From Catajapyx aquilonaris (Eukaryota): 64,000 nt of DNA. A model generated the notes under the pieces. The model was given only the letters and a program-made list of their open reading frames with translations, was not told where the DNA came from and did not search any database. Below are positions 23,901-38,900 of the stretch, piece after piece. The stretch's first letter is position 1. Each line of letters starts with the position of its first letter. The translations under genes were made by a program, and so were the position numbers. The stretch spans positions 1 through 64,000 of the forward strand of contig JYFJ02001488.1 in the NCBI GenBank assembly GCA_000934665.2, written 5' to 3'.

Positions 23901-26900
23901 AAGAGCTATCAGTTAAGTGCAGCCATGGCTCACAAAAAAAACTGAGGGTCCCACAGGTACATTTAGAGGCCTTCATCCCGCAACTACTTTTTTTTGTAAG
24001 GGAGGGAATATAAATTGCTTCCAGAATATCGAGAGAAAGAATCTTGGATGGCGAGGCCCAAGCTTTCCATAAAACACGAACCTAATTTATGTTGCAAATC
24101 TAGCAGGGACACTAGATTCCGTTTATGTCAACTTACTCGCCATCTAACAGGAGCCACTTTTTGGTTCCCCACAGCTGCGCTCGCCTGCTCGGATGCAAAA
24201 CTAATAACACGCGATGATATTGGAAACTAAAAATGGTGCGGTTGCATTTTGGACTCTAAAAAAATTATGGCTGCTGGTTCGCCTCTGTATGCAATTTACA
24301 ACGGACACTATTGTAAATTAAAGAAGAACACAGGGCGTGCTCTAGCAACAAGTTCAATATGTCACATAACGCAGCTTTAGGTTGCTAGAGTGAACAATCT
24401 ATATAGAGCCATACAGGAGAAATGGACCACCCTGTGTGCTATTGAAAGGCTTTTGTGCGAATTCTGCGTCCAGGCCATTACTATTTATCAAAAAGCCAAT
24501 GATGCGGCACAAGTTATCGGGAAGTATATGTTGAGCCCAAGCACTATTTCTATCTGGAAGCGGCAATAAAAGAAGTCGTTTTGAAAAATTATAATAGTAA
24601 CGGGAGCCTAACTTGAATTATACGTCAAAATATTTTTGGTTGCAGCAACTTTAAAAAAAAAGCAGGCTGAATGGCGGTGTGGCCTCCATATTTTGTATGC
24701 AAATTACATCACAACTGCACTGTACACACATCAAGGTCATGATGTGCCGCTACTCTTGAGTAATGAGCTTCAATGAGCGTTGGTGGTCATAAAGATATGC
24801 AGCAAAGGTTCAAATTGACGCGCCGGATTAGGATGATAAATTACACGCTGTCAGCTAGATAGCACCAGACCGTGTTTTATCCTTTACCTTTTTGATACAG
24901 CACCCTGTACATCCCTTTCCTGAACTCGATATTCCCAGTCCCATAGCCAGGCGTGCAATCCCGCACCTTCCAGCATCCCCGCCTTGGGAACTTCCCAATG
25001 TCCTTTCACGTATTCTGACGACCCCCTCTGCGATGAAATTATTATAGGCCCAGGCGACATCCGGAACTCGCCTTTTCCGACCCCCTCCCTTACAGTCCCC
25101 TGATGCATATATATACCCCCCCACCCAACCCAAACCATAGCTGCAGCCTTGCCCCTCCTTCATACTCTCCTAACTTTTCCGGAGCAAAACAACATAAGCA
25201 AACTGGGACGATACACACGCCTTTGTGGCGGGAGAGAAACCCATCACCATCTTTTCCACAGCCTCTTCTATGGCTGAGCGCCAGCAACGCTTCCAGAGAA
25301 AATGGTATTTTGAATGAGCTTGACCCGGAATAACATTGGAATTTGCTTTTCAAATTGCTTTCGACGGGGAATCTCCTCTCGGCAGTCCAAATACCGCACT
25401 TCTCTTTCTTTTTCTTTTTTCTTTCTTACAGGGGTAGGCTTCAGTTCCGTTTTCTTGAGGGATACGCGTAGAACAAACGAATGTAAAAAGGAGGGGGCGT
25501 CATATCCGGTGGAATAGGGAAAGAATCCGGCTGCATTAATCCGCACTCCTTGCACTTTTTTGCTGGGATGTTGCGTCCTCTCATGGGATAAACCAGGCCT
25601 AAATTAAGCCCGAGGTTTTATCGCTCTAAATAACCCTCCGAACGTTTGTGTAATCAGATAGAAAAAAAAATGCAATTAACGCCATCTACGAACATTCCCC
25701 GCTCTAAAGCCAGCTATCGGACGACATTTCAGTCTTCGTTTCGCTGCTAATGGGCCAACAATGACTGTTGCCAAATTTACGCCTGCATGTTATGCTGGTA
25801 GTGATACATTCAAGGATGAATTTTATCCTGAAATGTACACAACCGCATAGTTGTACAACGGGCAACATGACACGCAGGCGTCTTGGGTAACAATGTCACC
25901 GGATCAATTCTGGCAACAGGGGAGTGCAAGTGCATCCCTGCCAATGTATGAATGCTCTCTGTGCTGCAAAAAGCTGCAAGCAATATTTTATTTCTTGTCA
26001 GAGCAGGAGCACCCCGGCGGATGGTGAAGGGCGCTTGAACCCATAATTCTATTGTAGCGGCTATGGACAGCTAGCATATACTGCAGTAGGCTATCGACCG
26101 CTTTCAACTAGTGTGGTGCAATCACAAGGAGGAGGGGCATCCGCGCCGCTCTGCAGACCCATCCGAAATTAGGACGAATAACCCCAGCACAGAGTCGCTC
26201 CGATAATATTAGGATAACTCGGGTACGTTACAGCGCCATTTTACACCTCCAATTTGCATTTCGCCAACTCTTGTGATGTATAACATGGCAAGAGAAAATT
26301 CGGCCGCCTCGGTTTGGCTTTTGCAAAAAAAAAAAGGAGAGAGATGATATTCCTCATATGTGCCGATGAGAGCGAGACATCATTAGCATTTAGGCGGATT
26401 ACATGAGGTCGTTCAACCGAGGCTTTACAGACCAGCATTGTTTTTCGTTTCAAAAGCATCTTGTTGCTCGAGGGCGGTTTGTGCATCTCGTTGCTCTAAT
26501 TAAAAACTTGGCACAAAAGCGAAAGGCTGCGAACAATTTCCTGAAGTTTTTTTTTTTTCTTCGCACGAGTTTTGTGTCCGATATCAAGAATGCAGTTTTT
26601 CAAAAGAGGTGGGGCATCTTATTACTTGAGATGTGGTTTCATTTTTCTTCTTTGTTAGTTTATGCATTAAAAGTGAGTTTGAATTTGACGGCTTTTTTTT
26701 ACCGGCTGTGTGGTAGGCCTACTACGAAAGGTGTTCCAAATTCAAGTGCTATAGGCCTACTCAGGAAGCAATTTCCTTGGACCAAGCTTTTCATAAATTT
26801 CGTCACAATATGAGCACAAATGTACAGTACGCTACGTTACTGTATTGGTAATGGATTGTAAAGGACAGTACAACATATTTCATTATTCACAGCATGTATG

Positions 26901-29900
26901 TTACATCGGTTAGTGGCATTTTATTATTATTATTCCAACAAAGTCACAAAAGACCAAACTGCAATTTTTAAAACGCCCAAGCACAAGTCAACAGATTATG
27001 GAGCAGATGTTCAATGTTTTAAATACATACATGGGTCTACTATTCACGTGCCAAGTGGCAACACACACTGCGCAGGACATTGCATTGAACACTGTATTAA
27101 AATTTTCGCGGTGTAACAACGCAGCTTAGTGGTGTGTGAAACTGTCATGAAAGCTTGTAACCTTGTTATCTACCGCATTATTGATGATGCAGTAACAGGA
27201 TGGATGGTCATTTATGGACCAAGTCCATCAGGTACAGTATCCACCATGTCCAATGATTTTTTTCTCTCTCCTCTTATTTCAGACCACCCTTCGTTAGGAG
27301 ATCCATTTTAATCACGCATAATAACTGCTCTTTTTTTCCCCAGTACGGGCCTGCAAAATCGTTACAATTAAGGTTGCAGATTCTTTGTTATACGGTCTAG
27401 CATGCAAATTGCAGTAGTAACAACCCGCTAACAAGCTGACACGAGGCACTCAGGTTTCCATCCAAGGGCCGTACAACCATCACCACAGGCTTTCCTCTTC
27501 CCCCCTCCCAGCAGCTACAGTGTGCATTTCCGGACTCTGCTTCCTCCCCCCTGCGAATTACTTCCGCTGCACTTCAAGGGGGAATTCCCATCCTCTCCCC
27601 ACCTCTGGACCGAGATGCTGCCTGATGAGCCTTTTTTCGTAAGTCCAGGAAACTGCCTTACGCCTGCATGTTAATATGAGCAAAAAGCATGTCAACATTA
27701 CCTGCTACACACGATTAATGAAGCAGTAGTTAGTGACTTGCATAATTGGGCATGCAAAGTAACGTTCATATCTATAATATTAAAATCATATTCATGATGT
27801 ATGGGTATGTCTTCTTTTTGGTTCGCCATATAGTGTTACGGCGACATTTCCGATTGGCCACCGTTCTGCGCAGGCGCATTGGGGGTGAGTACAGCGCCTC
27901 TGGTGGGTGGGTGGCTGTGGGCTGGAGGGTCTACATCTCTCCCTCCCCACCAGTAAGCGAATGGTTTTTCTAGTAAACGTATAAGTTTGTTGAGGGGCAT
28001 CATTGTCTATTTTCGGGGGCAGTCACGTACCTTTTCCCTCCAAGCCAGCATCCCTACCCCAAGCTGTGGTCGTTTGCCAAACGAAGGACCGCATTCGGCC
28101 TTAATTGCCAAACTGTTGCGGACGACAGACGTCATCAGGACGATCGATCCCCTGCGGAAGAACCCCTTCCTCTTTTTTCTCTCTCTCTTTTCAAACTTGA
28201 AGCGGGGCCAGAACCAACCAAGGTGCACTGTACAGACCCAAGGTGCTGCCCGAAAACTTTTCTAGGTCCGAAATATCTTAACGGAGGGTTTTAAAGCGGT
28301 TACACTCTGGGTTAGGGATGACGCCCGGATTATTAGGTGGTAATGACGCTCCCTATAATCCTCAACGGGACCGGTATTATGCGAAATTACCGGAGTTTCC
28401 CACCCTACGAAATGACGCAACTTTGTCTCCTCACCACGTCGCCCAAGAACCGTAGTTTCGGTCCAGAGGCATGTATAACTGCGGTTCCAAAATGGTTGCC
28501 GGACTGGGTGACTACACTAAGGCAATTTGTTAAGTTGCAATTTTTGGCACCAGTCCGTGTTACTACAGTAGGCTGCTCTACTAGTGTACCCATTGCCAAA
28601 ATTAGGCAAAATTTATAATCAGTATGACAATAATAATGAGGTGACCCACCGATTTACCACATAGTAATTTTCTTCACGCATAGATGGCGCACACTCCTTC
28701 TGTACACTCCTGTCACACTCAGTGCGAGAGAGATGGCAAACATCCGACGGAGAGAATAAGCTTATTAGGAAAAAGACTGTTGGAGAAAACGACCTATGTA
28801 TAACTCGTCTCCGGCTGGACCTGGGTCAGTGTCCTGCTTGAATATCCGGCGAACAACCGCCATCAGGATGCGTTCAAAAAAATGCTGCGAGCGGAAATTT
28901 TTCAAGCCCTTTCCCGCTTTTCTCCGGAGCACACCATGTGCCTCTAATTACTAATGCAAATTCGATGTTTATGATGACAGATGTTGTGCGCGTGAAATGT
29001 AGCCCGGGTCTGCCCGGAACCGTTCGTCATGCTACTCCCCGCCACCGGTTTTAACGGATGTGTGCAGTGCTTTAGATAGTTTAACCAAGGATGAAATGTA
29101 CTATTTGTGGACCGCTTGTCATCCATTTTTCATTCCGCGGACCGCCGAATTTGCGTCCAATCAAAGGCCGCCACAGGGGCCACGCAGAAAATTATTCCCC
29201 CGATTAAAATCACGACCATTTTCTTCACAAACGATGTAAATTAGTCTCTTAATTAATATTATTTTAAATCAGCCTATCGCAGCGTGGGATACCGGTACAG
29301 CAAATTGAGCTCGAAGTCGATTAAGTTCGGTTGTTTGGTTGCAATTCCACAATCATAAACCACTTGCCCCAAAGGCAACAAATCATGAAATTGTCGTCTA
29401 TTACATTTAATGAACTTTCTGTGACGGGTTTGGGGCCCGATTCATGTTCTTTTTATTGCTGCTCTGACGCTAATCTGCCGCCATATTGACTTTGCTCTGC
29501 GGTTAAACGCGCCTGCATGAGAGTCAAGTTGACGTTTGTTGTACGTGCCGCTGCGTCTTGTTGATTTTGCAATCTACAAAAAAAAATCGACTAGAGAATT
29601 CATACATTTACACAAAAAAAATCCGGTTTTTCATATGAATATGGCTATTGAGTCACCCTATAGTAACATTTTGATTTGAACTTCTTTTATTCGAATTTGC
29701 TCTCCGAATTTTACAGCCACAAAATACCAATGCAGGGCCACATCACTCCGCCATTAAAACAAATGATGGCAAAAAGGGGCGTCGGTACAATGCTCACAAA
29801 CAGGTAACGTCAATAACTGTTCCCGGCTGCTTTGACATTCCACTTTTCAGTGCAAATTAGCTTGTAACTAAAAAATCAAGCATCGCGACACACACAAAAA

Positions 29901-32900
29901 CTTTGCAACCCCCTCCATTTTGTGCTGGACGTGGCATCAGCAGCATTTGACATGAAAACATCAGCCGAGTTGATTTCGAGCGACGCGATGTAGCATCCTC
30001 TTTTAAGCCGAGTTATCTACGGCTTGGCTGACAGGAGAAATTTGAAGCTCACGAGCCATGCCATAATTTTGCACCCAGTAATTTTTGCACGACAGGAACA
30101 TTACACTGTAGGCCAACAGAATAATAATCGCGCATAATAAACCCGGTTATTAGAGCTCCAAAAACATTCTTCATCGTCAGCAGCGAACTCGGGGGGGCTT
30201 GAAACAACAACAAAAAACCTACTCTTCCTCTCCTACAAATCGCGCGAACACACCCACCTAACATACCCACCAAACCTCTCTCATTCCCCTGCCACGTCAT
30301 GAAAAATTTATCCTGGAGCCGGATTAAAATGGCCGATCGAAACAGACACTGACGGAGAAAGTTTGCAAAGAGAAACGAGCGGCTTTTTAAAAGCTCACGC
30401 TGTACGTATATACGCTGCAAAAATGTAAGAGTATAAACCATTTTTTTCTACCTCCAAATTTTCCTATGCATTGTTGGTATGCAGACTGTTGGGCCAGAGA
30501 AACACTTTCCAAGTTCCTTGTCAAAGACCCTTGGTTCAAAAACATTTTTTTCTTCTTCTCCGAACCACTAACCCAGCTTCATGCACTTCTCTCAGAAAAC
30601 CACCTCCTTCGCCAAACCTGGAGTAGCCCACTCTCTTCATTCCAAATTACCATTAGAGACGCCTTGGGGATGTCCTCAGGTTCTGGCTGAATATAGTCTC
30701 ACCTGCTGGCACGCATTTGGAGACGCTTTAAGTGAATTTGCGTGCTAGTTAACTCCACTTTGCGCCAAATTTAAAAGTCGGCATTAAAGGTATTCTCACA
30801 GAAAGAAAAAAAATTAACTAATACGGCTAGTTTGTGTGTTCACAATACAAATTAATATGGATCACTTTAACAGGAGTAATGACGCATGGGCCAGAAATGA
30901 ACATCGGATTAAATCAGTATGTTTGACACGTTAATGATGCTTATAATCCTTTAATTATGTAATTTCAAAAGAAAAGTTTGAGTACATAATATGTCGAGTG
31001 TGTTTTATAGTATCCATTTTTAAATACGAAAAATGTCATAAAAGAATTTTCACTTTTTCAATAGTGGAGCTTGCAACTTTCATGAGAGTAATCCACCAAT
31101 ACGTAATTGTTATGAAATTTTTATAATGCTATATATGCATAGCTGCACAGTATGCCCATGTGCTCCCATCATATTAATTATTGTTAACAACAATTTTTTT
31201 TGTTAAAATTTTAATATGATGGGAGAGCACGAGCATACTGCATTTAATGCTACATACATATTCATACCAATAATTTAAATCCCTAAAATTTTGCTTTGTT
31301 ACTCTTGTACATATTGAGTTATACACTTGCGGCAGGTAAAAGTTAAACTACAGTACAAGACTCTACAGTACATAGTTACTATCTTAACTCCGATGGGGCT
31401 GTGCTCCACTTGTGCAATCCAGACGAGGGATGTAGGCCAAATTCAGCGGCAATGAATTACCAGAATGACACTCCGCAATACGGTGCAATGGAAAATACTC
31501 GATTAGACACTTAATTAGATCCGCTGACTGCCTATTGGCGATTCATTATAATGGTTTTGAGGTAGGGTTTAGACCGCTCCTGGAGTCGGATCAGCGTCGA
31601 TATTTTGGAGCAGGAGAATGGAATGGAGGCTCTTTCGGGAGGCACAGGGGGCAATATCTATCCGAAACAGCCGTGTTTATTTTCCTCCCTCCTAGTTTAT
31701 AGAGTAAATTAATTCCACGACAACGCCTCTGGGAAGGACGATAGTTAACGAAGGCAGAGAGACTGCGGAACTCCAGCTAGCAGCAAAGGCTCTGCTGGAA
31801 ATAAGTGGAAATCTGCTGGGGGAAAACCCAACGCAGAAAAGAGGCGCAAGATGTGCAAACACTATAGCATCAAAAAAGGGGGCATCGACGTAGATTGCGA
31901 TCATGAATGATCAGCACCTATAATGAACGGGATTTTAGGCAATCGTATAGTGGTCCTATATCCCCACATCCCTAGTTTACACACTGAGCTTGCAGCAGGA
32001 CCGATGTGCTGAGCAGTCACCCGCGTGAAATTGATGATAGATTAGAAACGGACAGCTTGTCAAATGGGTGGGTCATACATTTTAACATTATAATCCGGCC
32101 CTTTCCGCGGAGATGTCTGTCGGTAATGAAGAAGTTTAGGTTCTATGTTAGTTAATGTTGCAGAATGTGTTCTAGTTATTGTTCAATTTTTTAAAGGGGT
32201 AATGCAGGAATAATTTATTTATATGGGACATCCGGTGAGACACTCGAGAACTGTTTTTAGTTGTATGTAAGAAACTTCCCACCATCACAGAAATTTTCTT
32301 TTAATGTGCTTGATATCCGCTGGGGCCATTAATTTTACCATGAGTGAAATCCGGATTGTCTCTAGTGTACAGCGGGCAAAATAAATTGTTAACCCTTCAG
32401 TTGGAGTGGTAGGCAAAAATGATGTGGTTATAAATCCGGATTGAAGCGCATTAAACGAATAAACGGGGGTCATTAAGAGCTAAACCACAGCAGATGGATG
32501 CTTTTGGCTGAGAGGCCATACAGTACGCCTACCAACGCAAATGTAATCAATCAAGGTGATTATATTTTGTGTATATAATCGCCCGAATAATCACCTGAAG
32601 TCTCTCCCATCAGAATCGGCAACAGATTTCATTCAAATAAAATCATAGCAATGTGTGCTTTTAAAATGTGCCCTTGTGAGGTTGCTCCAGCTGACCTGAA
32701 GAGAACGAGAGGGCCAACAGGCCATGCCCTTTAACTCTGACCTGCAGAGTTGACTACAGCACAACATTTCGGTGCCGTCCTAATTAGCATGGGAATCTAA
32801 CGAAGCGGAAAGTGGTTAATGCGTCTCCCTTGGGGGTGAAAGGGCCAGAACACACGTGCAATCAACGCCCTGCAGCAGCAAGCAGTTAGGTCGAGAGAGT

Positions 32901-35900
32901 TGCGCCTTATCGGTTGCGCCGCTCCGATAGGTTAGGCAACAATGGTGTACCTCTGGACAGCAACCAGATCCGACCAAAAAATATATATTGTAGTGTCCAC
33001 TAAAGTTCTCTGTCCCAAGCCAAAGGCTCAAACTGCGCAGGGAGTGGTCGCATTTTCCGACCACTAATTGGATTCTGGGGGGGTTGCTCCGAGAGTCCTC
33101 TGCTTCATAGCCGCTCTTAGGAAGTTCCGACGGAGAAATGACACGTCTCTCAAGTCCTGTCCGACGACGACGACGAGGCTGCTGGATGGGGGAGGAGATA
33201 TTGGCTCACGACGCGCTTTTCTTCCTCTACTTAGAGGGGGATGGAACAAAAAGGCTGCCACAGGGACATCCGGAACGACTAAACGACATCAGGTGCCGAC
33301 GCCAGCGACGCATACCTGATGAACCCAGTTATTTGAATCAAGTTGGTCACCTTTTGAACCCACGGTTCCCTTATAGTGTATGCACGCAAAATCCGCCTGG
33401 ATTTCTAAACTTCGCTCACATTTTGAGCCTCCTTCCCTCAATATCATCTAGCAACAATGAATATTTTCCCAATATTGATTCCCATCTGACGATCGGGATA
33501 AATTTCTTTATGCGGCTTCGTCATGAAACCTCTCCAGAAAAATCTCGTCCTCAAGATTGCGTCCTTCCTTGAAAGGAGATGGTATCCGTAAGGGCGAGAG
33601 AGTTCCCACAAAAAAGCGTGTCAAACAAGAGCCCGTTCCTTATTTTTTTTCCTCTACCTTTTTCCTTCTTTCTCACTTCGAGCAGCAGAGGTCGGACCAT
33701 CGACAATCTCCGAAGCCAACACAATTCCCATTGCAAGTATCGGAAGTCTCTTTTTTTTCGGGGGCCAGTTGAGTTCCGCCTGGGATTAGCTCCTTCCATC
33801 TTTTGCTGCTCTGCGGGGCTTATCTCTCGAAGTGGACACAAGGACAAACATCCTATACCCCCCAGAAAACTACGTGTGGCTCCATCTCAGTCGCCCAGAA
33901 ATCGACGTGACTTCCAACCAATATTCGTTTGGTCCGATTCTGAGCTTGCACGATCCGGATTAATTGCATCTAGTGTCGACATTTTTTTTTACCTCCTTGT
34001 TTAATTCGCTTGAAACTTCCCGAATGTAACATCCAAAAAAAGGGGGGGACGAAAGTTTGTAAAAGAAATCTCAGAAGCACCTTCCAAGCTCACCCGAAAC
34101 CATAATTCGATTTGCATTCTCTTTAGCTTTTTCCCTAACAAGGCCAAGGGACCTCTTGATACATTAGAACCTTGAGAGAACTTTTTTTCTCTCCGACTCG
34201 GATTGTATTGTCAGATAATCTTATTAGAGTATAGGCTAGAGGTCCTTCTGCTTCCTTCAACTTGGAGGAAAGGTGCCCTCCGTCATTCGAATTCACACGC
34301 AGACTGAATATATTAGTCAAAGGCAAGAGGGGGGGAGGTTATAAGCGGGGACACTGCGACTTGTAGCCCAATTGGGATCCATCTTCCATCTTGGAATCTC
34401 TCGGAATGCGCGAATATTAGGCACTCCACGCGGCTTGAATTATAAATAAGGGCTCGAGAGGAAATATCAGGTTGAATTGTAGGAGTTGTCCGTCTGTTTA
34501 ACATGGGGGGGCCATGAATTTTTGAGGGCTCGCACATGTGAGCGGAAAAGTCCCGAAAACGTACTTAGTTGGACGTCCGGAATAATTGTGTCCGTTGCCT
34601 AATGGATGATAAATAAGGGAGTGCGAGTGGGGCAAAATTGATGAGGGCAGTTACGTGCCTGACATAAATGGCTTCTTTTGAGGAAGATCCGGAACAGTGA
34701 GAGGGGGGGCTAATGTGGTGCATTTTGGCGATTAAATTTGGGGCGGTAAAAAGTGTGAGCCTGACCAGCCATTGGCCACTGATGCGTGGCGCCATATGGT
34801 GCAAATATTCGGGTCCTAATGCCCTGTTATTAAAGTCAGGCGTCATTCTGCGACATCTGAAGCTTCAGACCGCACATTAGTCGCATGGAAAAAAAAGTGC
34901 GCTGTTAAATTTGGAGCTATAGTTGGCATAGCAGATACGAATTAGCATCAGACAAATTGTGTAAAAATTCGTCAATATTCCTAATGCCATTTGAAACAGA
35001 AATGAATTGCAGAATCATTCTCAAATTCGCATTTATCAATTGGGGATCTAATTAGGATTATTAAATATAATATCGCTAAGAGTTACGGTACTAAAATTAT
35101 GGCGATCATTGTCGACATCCATCATTGAAAGCGTCATTTAACATTGCTGCTAATTTTAATGTTAACTGCTCCAAATGACAAGTGCACGTGATGGCGGAAT
35201 AAACCGCAGAATGTTTTAAACCTGATGAAGAAGTTAAAAATTCCGTTTTCCAAACTCTGCATTCGTCAGTTTCAGACGCTGCACGCACACAATACGTCCC
35301 TCGCCCCCTTACACACGTACCCCGAGACAAATTACACGAAATCACGTTCGGAAGCCGTGCGTATGACACATAATTAAACCCAAAAAGTAATATCCTGCAA
35401 GTGACTGATAGCGAATTACATGTATACATATTTTTTTTCTTATCCCCCATCTCCCTCCCTCCCCGAACCTACACGCTAAACAACCGCCCACCCAACCCTC
35501 TACCCCCTCCCCCTCTCATTAATATTCTCCTCTAACGTGAGGGAGTTGGAAATTGGACCCGGAAACCCGTGGAAAGTGGAACCGGGAGCAAAAGGAAGGA
35601 GCCCGGAAGAGCTGTTTTCCTAATTACCAGAGCTCCCCAGAGTCAGCCGCGGCAGGGAACGAAGGAGGCTCCTCTGGGAAGTTTCCCTTCACAAATATTT
35701 TGATTAGAAAGGATGACAATGGAATGTGAACATCCCCTCGGGCTCGTATTCTCGAAACTTTTCTCAGTTGCTTGGACCCCCCTCCTTCCCCCCCAGCATC
35801 CCTCCCAGTTTCTACCAATTTCTTTTCAAGCTATTCTTTGTCGATTCGACATGTACTGTGCCTTCAGAGCTCTCGGTTCCTACAGTCTTTGAAGGAGTCT

Positions 35901-38900
35901 AACGTTTTCTTATTCAGGGAGCGAGACAGGCTATCAAGAAACAAAAAAGGGCGGGGAAAACTTTACCGTGAAGTAATGTTAGACCCGTTTATTATGTATG
36001 TGCGAGCGATTTTAATTGTTGGAAGAAAATAATTACTTGGAATATTCGCAGGCGGAACATGCTGCAAAATATTAGCACAAAAGCAATGAGTTACTCTGGT
36101 GATGCTGTGTACGATCTCATTAGTCTTTAGTGGAAAACAATTGCTGCGAAGGTACACAAAATTCAGCGGAAATGTCAACATGGTAATATTTTGCCGGGTA
36201 AAATCACACTGTGATTATTAAGGCAAAGAGAACACAGTGTAATCTATCGTGGAATTTTCTAATAAACAAGTTAATTAACCTTCATTGCGCTAATAAAATT
36301 TAGTCCTGTAAAAACGTCACGTGAAAGTATTCACAGGGTAACGGTCTGCTCAAAAGCAAATCCTGTGTGTATTCTTTTATTTATTTATTTAATTATTTAT
36401 CTACCATGTGATGATACTCTTGGTTGGTTTTACAGATAGGTCTATATTAATTGATTGAATATCACCGAAATAAAGCATATCATGCATGTTGTATGCTGGC
36501 GTCCACAAATGATTGTTCGTGTATACAGTCAACACGTTTTATAACATGAACACAAAATAGTTCAACAGCTTTTTTACTGAACGAAACAAACCTATTTTCC
36601 GAAGCTGCAATATTTCCAGTAAATAATAGGACCTTGGGAAATTGCAGACAATCGAGTCCAAATGACAATTCCGAGAACATGGGTAATAAAAGATATACCG
36701 CGACATTCCCGTTTGGATCGCTCGTCATTTTATTACCTCTTTCCCGGTCGTCATATGCGCTGGGCTCTATACCAGATGAATTATCTTGCCCTATATACGC
36801 TTTCATCCAATAACCTACATGTCAAAGGCACAAAGTAGATTGTCCCAGGCCCTACTTTTGAATGCAATGCGGACCAAATTAGTAGACTTCAATTTCAGGC
36901 CGATATTGCATTTGCCCAATTTTTACTGTATATAAAAGAGACTTTTAACTGGCCCAAATTCAATCACATGTACTTGAACAATGTACAACAGGCTTTTTAG
37001 GGGGCCTTAATTTGCAATTTGAACTTGGAAAACCGATTCTCCAAGTGCAATGTACTCCAACCAGACAAACAAATCTGTATCAGCCTGCAGCATGTGGGAT
37101 TTACAAATTCGAAACAAACGCCAAGTGTGCACCTCCTTTCATGCTTTAAGCGTAGACCAGGTCTTTTGTGTTCGACTGAACCCCCATACCCCCATTCCCT
37201 CCCCTACTTTTTTTTTTGCGGGGCGAGAACAATCGGAATGCGATAACAACGTCGTTTTGAATCGATATTGCAAAGAGAAATGCCTTTTGCAAGAACTTCC
37301 CGCCCCGATGACAAAAGCGACGTTGGCTCGACCCAAATGGGACGGTTACACTCACTACAAAAAAATGGGGGGCGACCACTCTTTGATTTCCAATCGACTT
37401 GAAATTTTTGGGGGTGTGTGTGTGTGTGACATTTTCTGGTGTGGAAGATAGGCGCCAATTACATTTATCGGCATGGAAATCCGGGGGTGTAAAATCCGGG
37501 TAGTTAGGTCAGCGACCTCTTGATACGAGAACGAGACAGCGGAGAAATAGGACGAGCCGAGGCCATTTCACGCTGTCCAGCAAAAGTCAGGGGCTGTGGT
37601 AAACGTGGGAGAAAGTTCTCTCTCTCCTTCCTACCCTGACTCTGTCCCTCCCCTTGACGTCGCTGGCCCGACAGCGAAAATGGGATTTCTTTGGCTTAAC
37701 CCTCAAAGCGGAAAGTAATAGGTCCAAGGCCAGGACTTGTCTGCTTTTCCTCCTCCGCCTCCCTTCCCAGGAGGTTTACGAGAAAGAGAGGAAGTGCCAG
37801 GGTTAAAAAAAGAAGGAAAAAAATATATAGGTGCACTGACACGAGGCTAGGGAATTAGCTTCTGCCACGAGCTCAACAATCAAGAAGACAAGAAGAATCC
37901 TGCAGAAAGAACCAATTTTCAATCGCACTGCAACAATGTTGTAAACTTGGTGCAATATCGCAATTTTTGATCTCTTCTCATTTAAAATAAGTCTTAAAGA
38001 ACGGATCTCCCAGTGTGTCTAGCTGTCCGTCCGTGGACAGGTATCAGAGCTTAAATTGCAGGAGATATCGACAAACGGTTTTCGGATTCGGATTCAGAGT
38101 GACCACAATAGGTTTCATGGCCAACATCCGGTTGTCCGGGTTCATTATATCCGCCAAGATGAAGTTTACGGATGTCCTTGGATTCTTTGGCGATGAGAAA
38201 ATGTCTACTCGAATCTTTAGTGATTTTTTAGGGTGGGCAATATCCACAAATCCTTGTTTCGTTAATTGCGCTCGCCTTTTCCTGGAATGATTAAGCCATT
38301 AATTCGTGGGAACCGCGGCCTACTTGAAAGAGTAATAACACCAAGTGAGAGACAAAGTAATGGCTGCCGGGTGCGATAATCTTGGCCCGATGAAGCTTGT
38401 CGGGCCACCGATTGCGGTCCATTTGTAATAGAATATCACAATGGTTTTCATCTGCTCAAAGCCTCCCTGAGCTCATCATCTTTCCCTTTTCCTCCACGTG
38501 TCTCACATAAGGAACTCGGCCTCGGTATCGACCCAGCAATAAAGTTAGAGGCCGTACATTTATTATTGGCCTAAGAGAGAAGCAGAGACCCATCGCCTTC
38601 AGTACATTGTGACTTACAACCCGAGAAGGACATGACTCTCAACATTAAGTGATTTGGGGCCAGGAATGTGGTGTTATTATTATAATAATGGGTACAGGGC
38701 GAATGTAATGTGTACAATACGCATGTCGTAAACGTATGTCGTAAACGTAAACGTAAACGTATACGTATGTCGTAAACGTAAACGCATACGTATGTCGTGC
38801 ATGCATGTGATAAACGTATACGTATGTCATACATTCATGTGATAAACGTATACGTATGTCGTAAACGTATGTCGTAAATGTAAACGTATACGTATGTCGT

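Noticed and set aside
36480..36806. 108-aa minus-strand ORF in the large dpr12 intron
   Set aside because: No recognisable family, and the flanking dpr12 exons already join in frame without it.
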